Source of the DNA: Atractiella rhizophila
Taxonomy: Eukaryota
Reading direction: 5' to 3'
Assembly (NCBI GenBank): GCA_021432655.1
Contig: MU271516.1
Coordinates: forward strand, 1-51,099
DNA: 51,099 nt
The notes under the pieces are model-generated. The model was not told the origin of the DNA, did no database searches, and saw nothing but the letters and a program-made list of their open reading frames with translations. Every line of letters starts with the position of its first letter. Within the stretch, counting starts at the first letter, position 1. Both the position numbers and the translations under genes were made by a program. Positions 1-12,389 of this stretch are shown here, one piece after another.

Positions 1-292
1 TTCATGCAATGCTGATCTTTTCTTCGTCCTGTCACTCTGATGAACCTCAGTTTCAACACGGGTGAGATATCGGAGGGAGAAGGTCGATAGATGGCCCTGT
101 GTTCGAACTAGCGCCGCATCACGTCTTCCTTGGTAGCTACAAATCATGTGGGGCAATGAAAGGTGCGTTCAAATCAGTTCAAATCTAACAAATCATGCGA
201 GCATGCAAAGGACGCCCAGAACGGCTCAGCATGTGCTCAGAGCGCTTAGAGCTTAGTACTGTAGTTGCAGAAGTTGCAACGCAACTACTGAC

Positions 293-412
293 TCGTGAAG
301 TATTGTGAACAGCAGATTTGAGGTAACAATGGAGAGAGCATTCCATTACTCCCAAAAGAGCATTTCCATCCAATTGGCAGATGCAGGCGTCTGCCCTCTC
401 CTTACAATTTTC
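293..412 (-). CDS. Possible internal exon of a Cys-rich (secreted/CFEM-like) protein
   Basis: 120-nt phase-0 exon between a TGCAG acceptor and a GTCAGT donor; encodes ENCKERADACICQ...MECSLHC. Other exons not resolved. Confidence 0.25.
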
Positions 413-874
413 CTGCATTTAAAAGCAGGCGCCATTTCGAACGTTAATCTATCGTCCTCTTCCGTTTCTTAGGCTTTCATCCGCAGGTTACCACGGTGAT
501 TAAAATATGAGAAGGAGAGCTACAGAGAACGGCCGCACACTGCGGCCTAGCTGAACTAAGTTCAACTAGCTTTATTCTATTTTGTTTTCATGCACTACGG
601 GAAGCTTTTTTTGATGTGAACCAGCCGGTCACAACGGAAATCGAGTGTCCATCTTTCGCAAGTTTGACAAGTGTCAATGCTCTTCCTCATAAAAGTTGGT
701 TTATGCCTTTAATCCTGCTTTGAAGCATGTAGCCCATATTCCGTGGAGTTGCCCACACCGTTTTCCAGAGTGCACTGGTAGTCTGTGGGTCACACTGTGT
801 CAGCTTAAGTAGGATGTTGTTCAATTCTTCAAGCAACTCTGCCTTCTACGGTGTGAGACGTCAAAGCAACAGCA

Positions 875-3800
875 ATGCAGTCTGCCCCAAATCCAGACCC
901 ATATCGCCATCCCACATCGCCTGGGCTCAGTGTCTCGGACGAAGAAGCCAAGGACGACGGCCATTATCCCACCTACGAAGCCGTGGTACCTACGTCTTCG
1001 CCTCTGGAACGACCACACTCCACCTTCTCGAGACTGGCTGATGCTTTCCTCCCGTCCATTTTGGGACTAATATATGTTATTTTTTGCATCTACGTCGCGT
1101 ATTCGGGCAAGAACATCATCATCTCCCATTCTACAGACCACGCTACAGAAATTCGAGGTCTCGTCACAGCATTGACGAATATATGGATCTTCTTTTGCCT
1201 ACTCTTTGTTGACAATTTGGTGGATCGTATAAGGTCAGAAGAGTGGCACCGGCGCCTTTCTATCGCTTCTCACATCACTGGGAATGAGAATGGATTGATC
1301 TTTGCACATCTAAATCACGTCTCCTCCAATCTGGGCGGCACGCTCCGACATGCAGTGGATCTTTTCACCTTTTTCCCTGGAAGCTCTAGAGTTTTCAAAG
1401 TGGTTTTCCTCAGTGCGTTGCTCAGCTTAGCCCTTAACGAATTAGCGCCTTCCCTTCTCCAGGTCGTTGTTGGTATGTCCTCGCTCCTGACCCTCAGCAT
1501 TATTCTAACATGGTTGTGGAAAGAATGGTATTCCATTGGCATCCACAATATCCCGATCTCCGCCCTCCCGCTTCTTTCCATCCACGCCAACTTGTCCGAG
1601 CCATTTTCTGGTACCGATAGTGTCCTTACTCCTGCTACCTTTCTTGCCACCGCCTTGGCATTGGGGGGAAGTAACAGCTTGCCTGGTGTGGTGGTTCCAG
1701 TGCCCACAATTCTCATCCCTAACGGTTGGGACATGTATGCCTCCGACCTAGTTTTCTTGACTTACAGCTGCAAGTGGTTGGCTCCTACATATATTTCGGA
1801 GCCTATGGGAGACAATGTGCAGGAAGTGCTTGTTGGTGGAGCATTGTACGGAGCCGCTGGTTTTTTCGGTTCTGGGCGAGCGCCTTTCTATCCCAACAGT
1901 GCGCCATGGTCCCTATACTTGCATTTCGTCGGATTGATGGTGATCCAACTTGCTACAGGTGTAAACTTCCTCAGGCCTATTCTGAAATTGGCTCCTTATA
2001 ATATCCCTCGTTCCCTCTTTCGACGGTGCTATCATGATTGCAGCTCAGACGGGTCCATTAGACGAACTTCAAGCTAATACTCCGTGGTACAACTTTTCCT
2101 CCGCCCCCCAATCTCCAGTACCTTCCTCGTGGCGCCTATATCAAGAGCAGTGGGCGACTATACAGAACAACTCCATCTCAACAGATGTCTCGATACTCCT
2201 CTGTCTTCCCCAAATCACCATCCAACCTTACTTGGTCACATTCTCATCACTTCCATTGTGGAAGTCCGACGAACCATTAACCCACAAGATAGGTAATATT
2301 GACGAAACTCAACTGAAAATCGCTATGTCCGACTCTCTTGGAGGGTTCGCAGATCGCGTGCCCGGCATATTTTATCGTCAGTTTGTTTCGGAAGCCATGA
2401 CTTATCCAAATTCCACCAACCATGTTTACTATCCTATTGACGAGACCGTCCTCTCCAAACGCATTACCACGTTGGTCCAAAATGCCTTAGCAGCATATTT
2501 GACTGGTGGTCCATTTGGTACGGCAGTCGTTCCCAGCTACGGTTACCGAGATGGCCTCATCCTTCGCTCTCAGATTCAGTTTCTTTGGGTCGTAGCTGCT
2601 TTGTTTCTTTTTCTGACTGTAGCCGGAGCACTCGTCCTCGTTTTACAGCGGCGAGAGAAGGGGATTACGAGGCAGCTTTCCGTTTCGGGAGTCTTGCGGC
2701 TTACACGATGCGATACGGAGACGCCTGTCATCGTGGAGAAGTGGTTTAATGGACAGAAGGTGAAAGAGATTGCAAAGGACTTAGCAGGTGGACGTGGAAT
2801 GACAGAAGAAGGCGAGGAGAATGTTCATTTTGCATTTCGAAATGCAAGGGTGCGGGTAACGCACTTTCAGGCGTCCGATGAGATGCTACAGATGCAGACA
2901 ACATCGTCACCTATGCCAAAACTCGAAGTGGAAGCAAGAAAGTTTAGAAAGATTGTTGAGCTCATTACACCTGGCGTTGGAGGAACGTTCATCGCCTTTG
3001 GAGCGTACGCATACACACATGACGTAGTTATACCTGGAGAAATTGGAGAAAATCGACTCGTTCTCCTGGGAACATTATTTACCGCCGCTATTGGGTTCTG
3101 GAGGACGTTGGCACTGGGAGGAACCAGGAGCTCCATTCGTGAAGTGCGATCCGAAGTTGGTTCTTTACTGATCCTGTGGCTCGAAGGGAGTTGATACGTC
3201 TGCTAATCTAGGAATGGACGCGGCTGTCCGATCGGGCAACATCTCAGGGGCAGATGGAGCAGGAAAAGGTCAGAAGGGCAATTGACGACATATCGACAAA
3301 TACAACATCAATTGTTGACCAACTGCGACGTTCCTTCCTGTTTTCTCCTAAATCCCTGATATCAGGCTATTATCGCCTCGCATTTCTTTCCTTCCTCGTC
3401 ATGTCTGTTTGCTCCATCGCTTCTCAAGGAGCCATTCAACTTCATCGTCGCGTGGTGCCCACCGGCCCAAGCGAGACAGTTGCGATCAATTCATACTCCG
3501 CAGAGGCGTTCAGCGTGTACAGCCTTCTCACCGCACTAGGAGAGCCATGGCGTACAATTGTAGGGCTAGGTAGTCCTGATGCAGACCCGTACATCGACTT
3601 TTTGATCCAGCAGAATATTTATACGAGCGCGTTTGGTTATCTTCACTCGGAGCTAGATTATTATGGTGGACTCGAGACGCCTTCAACGAGCGAGGAAGGC
3701 TATTTTCTAATGGAGCTTCTCAAGACGACAGCAAACGCAAGCGCTAACGCTCACTTCTTAACCGACCTTGGGGTATGGAAGATGGTTTGCGAATGGGCTG

Positions 3801-4675
3801 CTCCGCAGCTTCAGCCATGGAGCGCAGACATCAATAGTTCCTCATTTGTCTCTATTGAGCTCACGGAGCACAACCTGCAAGGGTTTGTACAGGCTCCCCG
3901 CGGTTACTCTTGGTTTCGTCCACTCCAGCGTCCTCAAAGCATTGACAGCGAAGACTTCATCTCTACCGGCCTCTTTGCGTGGACACTTTTCGCCGGCTCA
4001 CGGATCAATACCGACAGCGTCCCTTTCAGCAATCTTTCGACTGAGTGGCAAGATTGGATCAGTGGCATCGTTGCCAGCTCTAATCCCAAATATGCATCGT
4101 TTTACGAGACTCCTACAAGAATGACAACCCTCATTTGTGAACCAAATATCAAGATTCTGTACGGCTCTGAAGTAACAATTTATAACAACACTGCTTCTAT
4201 TCGCAAGAGGAACCGAGAGCAGGATAAGATTGGGAACCTCGATTTCGGACAGGTGGCGTTTCAAGTTTATGCTAGAGGCTCCATGCTGGCAGAATCTGAA
4301 GCCGGCCGTTTCAGTGATAACTTACTTATCGGATCTCGTGCTGGCAAGGTCGCCCTCTCCAACTCATCGGGTGCGAATTCCATCAAACTTCGAAGGGCGG
4401 ATGAGGCGGCCAGGTCCTTGAACAGAATCATGACGTCCGAGCTAATATTCGTGGCTGGAGTCAATTCTGAGAACGCCACTACACTCTCCGCTCCAGTGGG
4501 AGAACGCCATGTAGTCGACGTCTCCCTTCCTCAGCTCGTGGCCTCCGGCGTGATGTTTGCCATACTCTCGCTCTTCATCGTCGTCTTCCAACTCCGGACA
4601 AGGCTCAGGAAGTTTACCCTTGCTGGAATCCTACTTGCAGGAGGCACTGACCTGAAAGATTGGAAGGAAGACTGA
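875..4675 (+). CDS. Large multi-pass membrane protein made of two tandem homologous halves (uncharacterised fungal family)
   Basis: Three consecutive long ORFs. Introns at 1473-1523 (GTATGT..CTAAC..AAG) and 3156-3211 (GTTGGT..CTAAT..TAG; joins EVRSE to EWTRL in frame), probable intron from 1899. Frame change at ~1986-2043 is unresolved. Several hydrophobic helices. Confidence 0.7.
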
Positions 4676-5043
4676 CCAGAGCAGATCAGTTGCTGATGAC
4701 CTCGAATGACTAGTCATTCTTGATGATAGAAATTGTATTAGGATTTGTTTTAAAGTACGACATTGAAACAATCTGAATCGATCTAGCGGATTCCTGAAGA
4801 GAGATGCCTTGTATTGGAAACTTGTACGTGAAGCAAAAAGCTACTACTTGTGAGAAACCGTCGTTGCTTTGTGGTCGGGCACTTTTAGGTGATTGTTGAT
4901 GGGCAACACCACTGTGAGACCGTGGTTTTATTGCATTGAGGAAAATGTTGATCTTGGTCTGCTAGATGTGTTTGTAATCCTCATTCGAAGTTGATTGGGA
5001 TTTCAAAAATTCGCTTGCTCCCGAGCTTTTTAATGAAGGTGTA

Positions 5044-5418
5044 ATGGGATGGGCAGAAGCTACGAGACAGGTGGGCATTGGAATAGGACTCAGCGCTCGA
5101 GACCACTTGCCGGGGGGCAGGGGGACTAAACACACTAGTGAAGCTGGTGAAGAGCACTGTTTTCCGAACGGTGAGACAAGAGTGGAGAGGATGCGGAAGA
5201 ATAGGATTTCGGCTGCAAAGTCTAGGAAGAAGAAGAAGGAGTGGATCGAGAGCCTTAATGACAGTGTGTAGTCTCCAATTGCAAGCTTCTGATCCTATCT
5301 TACCTGGATGTACTTGGATTGTGTAGAGGCAGATGAACTTCAAACTGAAAACATCAGGCTCAAGTCGATCGTTGAAGGCCTTAAGCAGGAAAACGATGTT
5401 ATGACTAACGACCGCTGA
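5044..5418 (+). CDS. Small bZIP transcription factor-like protein (~103 aa, 2 exons)
   Basis: Basic region RMRKNRISAAKSRKKKKEWIESL (N-x7-R). Removing intron 5264-5326 (GT..AG) gives the zipper LNDKADELQTENIRLKSIVEGLKQENDVM with L/L/L/L/M heptads. Start codon uncertain. Confidence 0.75.
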
Positions 5419-5495
5419 CTGCCTCAAGCCCTGCAATAGGTAAACCTGAAGCAGCGCTGCCACCAGTAAGCGTCTGATATGGTTTATGGCCATAT

Positions 5496-5897
5496 TGTAC
5501 GGGATGTGCCATATCCCTAATGGTCTCCTGGGCCCCTAATTACTGGCAATATCACTCATTGTCATACTGTACCCATGTGAAATCAAGGTATGTTTCCAAT
5601 ATACTGCATATACTGCCGGGTCAGCATTCCCTAAGAAGGGCGACAACACAGATCAGCCAGGTGTGGACAGTGTGTTGCCAGGATGCATTCATGTCTGGTG
5701 GGCCGAGGTGCGTTCTTTTGCCCTTTCCTATAACCTCCAAACCTGCAGTTCCAGACCAGGAGATTGTATTCCAAGCGCTGCTGATGTAGAGGATTCTGCA
5801 AAGAGGGTATAAAAGGTGCGCCACCTCTTTCTTCCCTTAATCCCAGCATCAAATTTAATGCTCATGGTACTGTGTTGACACCAGATCCTTAACACCA
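5496..5897 (+). mobile_element. Solo LTR (402 bp)
   Basis: TG...CA ends, flanking 5-bp direct repeat CATAT (5491-5495 and 5898-5902), internal GGGTATAAAAGG TATA-like box. Confidence 0.55.
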
Positions 5898-6139
5898 CAT
5901 ATTAATGTCCCTGAAAATTCGCTCCAGCCCTTAGATATTCTGGATTCAAGATCTTTGCACCTGTGTGCAGATTTCGTCTCCAAACAGCGAGACCATTGCT
6001 TGTAATCTCTGAGAGATATCAATGAAAATATAGTGTTTCATAAAATCTGTGTTTTTCAAGTATCTATATGCAATTACTGTATTTTTTTCGCAATCTCAAG
6101 AATTAGGTCAAGTCTTTCAGATTCCAAACACCCTTAATG

Positions 6140-6585
6140 ATCTGACCGAGGGAGGGTCAAGAAAACTTTTGCCGCTCCGGATGATCGTTGGACTCCCCAA
6201 GGTGGAACCTGCAGGCCCCCCAGGTTTCCTGGCGCGTTGAGTAACTATTTCGCCAACTTCTAGCACGAGCAAGACACCATTTTCTGCACTTGATATCACT
6301 TCAGAGGCTTTGTTTAACCTCAAAAGCACCTGAAACAAGTTCTTGACCCTTTATACCATCAAAAACTCAATGAAGACCTTTTCCCCACTCCATCCTTGCT
6401 TTCCTTAATTTATCTTTGCCAGTATTATGCCTATGAAGCCTTCAAAGGCTCATTATTACGCATTTTAAATATTTTTCAGGCATTCGTATTCCGCTCACGT
6501 GTGCGAGGGGCCTTCAGGTTCCACCTTGGGGGCGCGAGGGATCATCCGGAGCGAGGGACGCAATTCTCTACCCTCCCTCGATCTG
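6140..6585. repeat. Imperfect ~80-bp inverted repeat pair around an AT-rich spacer (MITE-like)
   Basis: CGCTCCGGATGATC..CCCCAAGGTGGAACCTGCAGGCCCCC (~6173-6221) is matched in reverse complement at ~6507-6553, with weaker extension outward. Confidence 0.6.
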
Positions 6586-6755
6586 ACTGCAAGTTGCTGA
6601 AAGACAGCCTGTTGAAGGCAATTCAACTTGAAGAGGCGAAGTGCGCAAATTAGAGTCAAAGTGCGCAGCATGACACGCTTTTGGGTCACGTGCAAGCGGA
6701 ACACCAGAATGTAGAGCTACGTTGACTATAGTCTGACAGCTCTGAAATATGATCA

Positions 6756-6777
6756 CAACAACAACAACAACAACAAC
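6756..6777 (+). repeat. (CAA)7 microsatellite
   Basis: Read directly from the sequence. Confidence 0.9.
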
Positions 6778-6855
6778 TGTTTGAATGTCTTTGATTGTCT
6801 TCTTTCACGCAACGCAACCTTCCGTCTTTCCCTCACACTTTCCACCATCCTCCAA

Positions 6856-8160
6856 ATGCCTCGTTGGAAGATGAAAGGTCTGACAGACACTCCGGAGGTA
6901 GCTGCCCAGAAAGAAAAGGATTTTGTTGAGGCCATACAAATTTATTTCGAAAGGAGAGAGGAGGCTAAGAGGACGAATAACCCGAAGTGTATCATCTCCT
7001 TCAGAGAGCTATCATGCTGGTACTCCTATCCAAATGGCAAGGGAGGGATTGTTTACATGAATTATGGTACACTAAGGCAGTGGTGTCAAGGAGGCTTAAG
7101 TCGCACCAAAAGAAGATGCCCTTGTCAGGTGCCTTCGATGGGTTGGTGATTCTGGCCTACCTGTTCACCGGAGCGGCTTGAACTTAGTGGTCAAGAAGAT
7201 TATTGGAAGAGTACCAGGGAAGAAGTGGTATCCCAGTTTCATGAAATGGAAGAAGTTCAGAATTCTTATTTTCATTTGATTGAGGAGACAATGCACAAGC
7301 ATAAGATGGTGTGCTGTTAGAAATATGGACGAGAAGGGATTGTAACTGGGAGGAGGTCGAAAGTTGGGGAAACGGCGTGTTATCGGTGAGAGGGAATCGC
7401 TATATCGAGCTTGTCTGACTTCGTTCAAGCTGGTTACACTTATTGAATGTGTCACTGCAAATGGGAATTCTCTGCCTTCGCTTTTTATCTTCTCCGGCAA
7501 GCGTTTTATGAAGAACTGGCTAGAGGGTTTGACAGAAGCACAAAAGAATGGCATTTTGTACACCTTTTTGGTCTTCAGCTTAAGTGCTTTTATGTATGCT
7601 CAGAGCTTCACTCTAGTGTCAGCATATCAGAGAATGGATGGATGGATGTGGTGCTAGGCTATCTATGGTTCACACTGGTTTATGTCCCTTTTGTCAAAAG
7701 TCGACCTGATCCAAATCGTCCTTGTCTTCTCATCCTTGACGGTTATGGTTCCCATGCATCGGCACTCATTATTCGCTATGTCTGACAAAACCTTCACGAC
7801 ATTGTCAATATCATTTATCTCCCTCCCCACACAATCCACAAATTGTGACCTCTCCACATTGGTGTGTTTGGGCCGATTGGAAAAGCCTGGAGCGACGTGG
7901 CAGATGATATGTTGGAGGATGGTCATGAAGTCTCCAAGAGAAATCTTATCGAGAGTTACTTACGGTGTTGTGATGAAGGAATGAAGGCTTCAACAATTGT
8001 CAGTGCTTGGGCAGCCACCAGACTCTTAGTCCATGACTACTCCAGGAGGGATTTGTGAGTCGAAATCACTTTGCGACAGCTGGCTTTGCTCCTGCCCGTC
8101 AAACCTTGTCTAGAACAGTTGCCAGATTGTATTCCTCCGGACATCTAACTTGACCTCCAG
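6856..8160 (+). pseudogene. pogo/Fot1-type (Tc1-mariner, DDE_1) transposase remnant
   Basis: N-terminal HTH-like segment, then NMDEKG, VTLIECVTANGNSLPSLFIFSGK, SENGW, RPCLLILDGYGSH and VFGPIGKAWS motifs spread over several frames with stops. Confidence 0.85.
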
Positions 8161-8177
8161 CCATCTCAGGCGCTCAT

Positions 8178-8340
8178 TGTTGATTCCAAGCGTCTAGAGG
8201 AATACATTACAATGAAGTTATAATGGGCTTTTTATACCTTGAGGAACTGGGCAAATGAGAGAAACAGCAAGGGGAAAGAAAACTAGAGCCACAAATGACA
8301 GTGGCACAAATGCAGCTTAAAATGGTGCCAAACTCTGATA
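8178..8340 (-). mobile_element. Short solo LTR (163 bp), subfamily B
   Basis: TGTTG...TGATA ends (one end mutated from ACA), exact TSD CTCAT; inverted homologue at 21354-21517. Confidence 0.85.
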
Positions 8341-9124
8341 CTCATTACTCTATTCATCTCATAAATTGACAATCATCGGACTAGAGAGGGGAGAAAAGAG
8401 GAATAGGGGAGTAGGGTTTGGACAGAGGGTGCAGTGATATAGATTGGTTTAGCTTGATAGGATATAAGGAGGAGAGGAAATCTAGTCCAGTGTCGTTACT
8501 TCAATCTTGGCGAAGACCTTCGTGACCGCACCATTTGGGTAAAGCTCTATAATTGACATCATCATCATCATCAAGGCGGCCCAGGCACGTCGGGTCCGCT
8601 GGGAAACGGGCTCGTTTGCTGTCACTTCCCTTTCCCTGGCCCTTTGTCCCCCTTCCCTTTGCAGGGCTCTCTCAGGCGACATTGGCGAGCTTCAGCGTCT
8701 TCAACATTGGTGATAGCGCTAAGCCTCCTTCTGCTTCCGTATTATTTGCCATCAGATCCCGCATCCTTAGGATCTCCTCAGACTCCAGCTCAGACTCCTT
8801 CCTCGTCCCCTACACGATACGAGTCCTGGGTTTCTTTACCCTTAACCATTTCATAGCGATTTGGATCATTTTTTACTTGGGGTCTTCAAGAGAGATCACA
8901 TAGCGACAGGCAGGCGTTGACGAACGCGTTGCTTACTGACATTTGGCAAGCTGGAGCTGCTACACTACTCGTCGCCACCAGCTTCTCTTTGTTCAAATAT
9001 TGCATCTTTGTTGCCCTTCATCGAACACGGTGAAAGGGAACCAGCCTTGTGTGACGACCTTGTTCGAAGACTTAAAAACAATCACTTTCTGCTCCTACTA
9101 CCTGCGAAGAAGGTGCGATCCAAC

Positions 9125-10345
9125 ATGACATCTTCACAATATGCACGGGATTGTACAACTGGGGAACCTCAGGATCCTGGAGGAGGCAGGGCTAGCCCTG
9201 ATTCAACGGCTACCAACTCCAGGCGATTCTCTCATCCCTTCCTGAAAGTTGAGGACCTGGAAAGAAACACCCTGTGTCAGTTTCTCATTCTGATTCTATG
9301 TGTCTTGCTCTTACTCCTCACGAGATTGTAGGCTGCTTGGGGCGGGATGGCCAATCAACGAGTCGAGACGAGTTCCTGTCCTACCATTCCCTGAATAATC
9401 AACCAAAACCACCAGAGTCTTTGTGGTATATCAGTTTCCGAGACAGAAGTCAATCCTCAGCAACCCATGGAGGTCTCACGAATATATGACGATTACAGGT
9501 ATCCCCTCTCACGCTTTGAACTCACAACCCTATTCACCAAATTCCAGGACTCGGACCTTCATGTTATCTCTTCATTCCGAGTCATTTGCAAGGAAACAAG
9601 CGAAGAAATAGCTGCGAGAGGTGAAATCTCAGACTTTTTCAAGCCGGACCCTGGTACGGAATGAAGGTACTATCTCGTCCATCCCAGTCTTACTTTCACG
9701 ACTGTCCGACGTCCGGAACTTTTGGAACGTCATCAACGCATCCACCTCGATAGCAACGGACGACTGCCCACCATCCCCAATGCTTCAAGACGGTACGATA
9801 AGTATGTGCAATTGAGCTACCTGACCAGACTTCTACGAGAGGTGAGGAAAGCCTTAAATCCCACTCTGGGCTTATCGGCTCTCACTGCTTCAGTCGCCGC
9901 CAATCCAACCCTCTCTTTGGAAGTCCGATCCAGCTTTGCTGTCACTGGAACCGTCATATCTTCAATATCTTGCTTTTTCTTCGCATCCGGGGTGCTCGTC
10001 GAGATCCTCAAAACGAAAGTGCGACGCCTCATTCTCGGCGTCGCTCCACAAGTCGTAGACAGCTTAGTGGCGGACCGGCGTCGTTCAAATTTCTTCGGGA
10101 GCTTTATAACCATCAAACGTTACTTTTCACTTTTCGTCGCCTTTGCAGCGCTGGCGGCTTCGATCTCTGCACATCCCGACATTCCGCTAAACACGAAGAA
10201 AGGGTTTGCCGTGGCTGGGATCGTGCTTGCTGCCACTGGATGGGCTCTCTGTGTCATCGGCATGGCGACGTCCATTTTGGTTCAAATTGATAGTATTACA
10301 GAAGGAGGAGCAAGGGGTGAATCAAGTGAATCAGCGGAGGAGTAG
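9125..10345 (+). CDS. Hypothetical protein with a C-terminal 4-TM region (two repeated helical hairpins); possible pseudogene
   Basis: ORFs 9467-9664 and 9722-10345 are in the same frame, separated by one TGA at 9662-9664. Plausible introns ~9274-9331 and 9372-9415. Four hydrophobic segments. Confidence 0.5.
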
Positions 10346-11501
10346 CCTCCTGATTCTTTTCATTCAACCCTGCAGCAGGACCCTGATCTTTACGATGAAC
10401 AGTTCCGACTCATCTATTTACTTATTAATGACGTTACGTGAAGCTGATCATCAGGTATTTCTGAAAGTTTGTCCTACATGCAGGAAAAATGGTGATTCAG
10501 GTTGTATTATGCACTTCCCATGCAATTTTAGTCATGACTCTGCCCATACAGTCTCAGTCCATGTCTGGGTAACCTTTCATGGTGATTTGCCGCAACGTTA
10601 ACGGCGGCCTCTTCAGAAAGGAAGTGTTTTGTTCATTGTGCACAAAGAATCTACAACTGTCTCTTATTCCCATCCGGCTTGCAACTACTCTCGCAGCAGA
10701 GCGGTAGTGACAGTTGTAACCACAGTGAGACCAATGACGGTATACCCCGGGATATAGCTCGTTTTCAGATTCAGAACTACATTCACGACCAATGAGTCTG
10801 CACCATTTGATTTAAGAAGACGCACAATATCCGAGATCCAATCCTAAATGCATGAAGCTATTCCAGGTATGGGACCAGAAAGGTAACGCAAGTGTGCCTT
10901 TCCCGAGCACCTTCCACCACTCTGGAAAGCCAGCGACGAGGGTTGATGAACGTATTACCGTCCCAGATTCCCCTAAGGTAGCCGATTGAGAAGCCGTAAA
11001 GGGCCATCGAAAAGTCACACGATTAAAATGGAAGAGTACCATGTCAGCTGGGGTTGGTAATTGTGAGTGAGGAGAGATGGGATGCTCCAGATGGAGGCGG
11101 GAGAGGCGGTCTGGAGGACCAGAAGTCGTCTGGATGGGACGACTCGACGAAGGACGAAGAACTGTAGCTTTTGGTCAGAACCATTCATTTATCGAATAAT
11201 CTCTAAATTTACGTACCACTTCGGAAAAATACGTGTTCAGATTGTTGAGCATGAAGAATCTGGAGGAGTGATCTAGGCAACTTGGAAGTTTACGAAGAAG
11301 CAGCTAGAAATGAAGCTGAGGGCGTTTTACGAACATGCTGAGAGAATAAATTGAAAGTCAAAGAGCGGGTCAAACTTTCCTTCTATGGGACAGGTGACCA
11401 GGGTAATTAATGTAATGAAGAGGATAGGCTTAGCTAGCACCTTGACTAAGAACTAAACCTCCTCGACAGTCCTCCAAAACACCATTTGTGAGGCTCTTCC
11501 C

Positions 11502-12389
11502 CAGTGCTGAGCACATTACATTATAATGTTAATCATTACTTTTTTAATGCAAAATAATGCTCTTTTGGCACAGTATAATCTAATGCCATTACTTTCAGAA
11601 AAACTCGTCTATAAGATGATGGTAATGCATTATTTTCTAGTGATTATACCACATTATAATGGCAGTACTTTTGTTTACAAAACACCAATTGACAGAGAAC
11701 AACAAAAGAACGACGAATACAATGGAAATAAGCACGTCTCAATACAATAACAGGTGGAAAACAATGGAATTATTCCACCCCCATTTTTGCCTCCAAAGTC
11801 AGTCTGAATTCATCAGGAATAGAAACACCTTATATCATCTAACCCTTCAAGGTCATGCTCTGCACAAGCGTCGTTGCCATCATTGAGGCTTGTGTGTCAG
11901 TTAGGATCCTGTGAGGGCGAGATAGTCCCCTTGAGCACTGTAAACAGACAGCAATGAGAGAGCTTGTAAATTGAGTTGAAGGGCTTTTAACATGGTTGGG
12001 GAAAATAGGAATTCCATAAGTCTGAAGTCCATATGACCAGCAGAAAGGTAGTTCATGCAGTGAAGGAGCATGAAATGGAGGAGATGGTTGTCAGAAGTTG
12101 AGTTAACTTGACACGGCTGGTGTGGCTCCATTCTCGAGGCTACTAAGCACCGAAAACACAGAAAATAAGAACAGATCCTAGCAAAACCAGTGTTCTTGGG
12201 CGCCTTACCATGCAATATGTAAAAAATGATTATTATTCATTACTAGGCATTAGTCCTGGATTCTGGTAATGGTAATGCCATTACTTTGTACTGGAAAGTA
12301 TGGGAGAAAACAGTACATTACATTACATTAAAAAAGCACTACATTACACTACATTACCAGTACCTGTAATCGAAATATGCTCAGCGCTG
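11502..12389. mobile_element. Non-autonomous hAT-type element (MITE, 888 bp)
   Basis: TIRs CAGTGCTGAGCA and TGCTCAGCGCTG; exact 8-bp TSD CTCTTCCC on both sides; subterminal CATTAC/GTAATG repeats at both ends. Confidence 0.9.

Noticed and set aside
4981..5493. 170-aa minus-strand ORF
   Set aside because: Antisense shadow of the bZIP exons; no recognisable motif.
11198..11212. ATCTCTAAATTTAC as partner TIR/TSD for the hAT end at 14843
   Set aside because: It lies on the wrong side, in the wrong orientation, and matches only partially.
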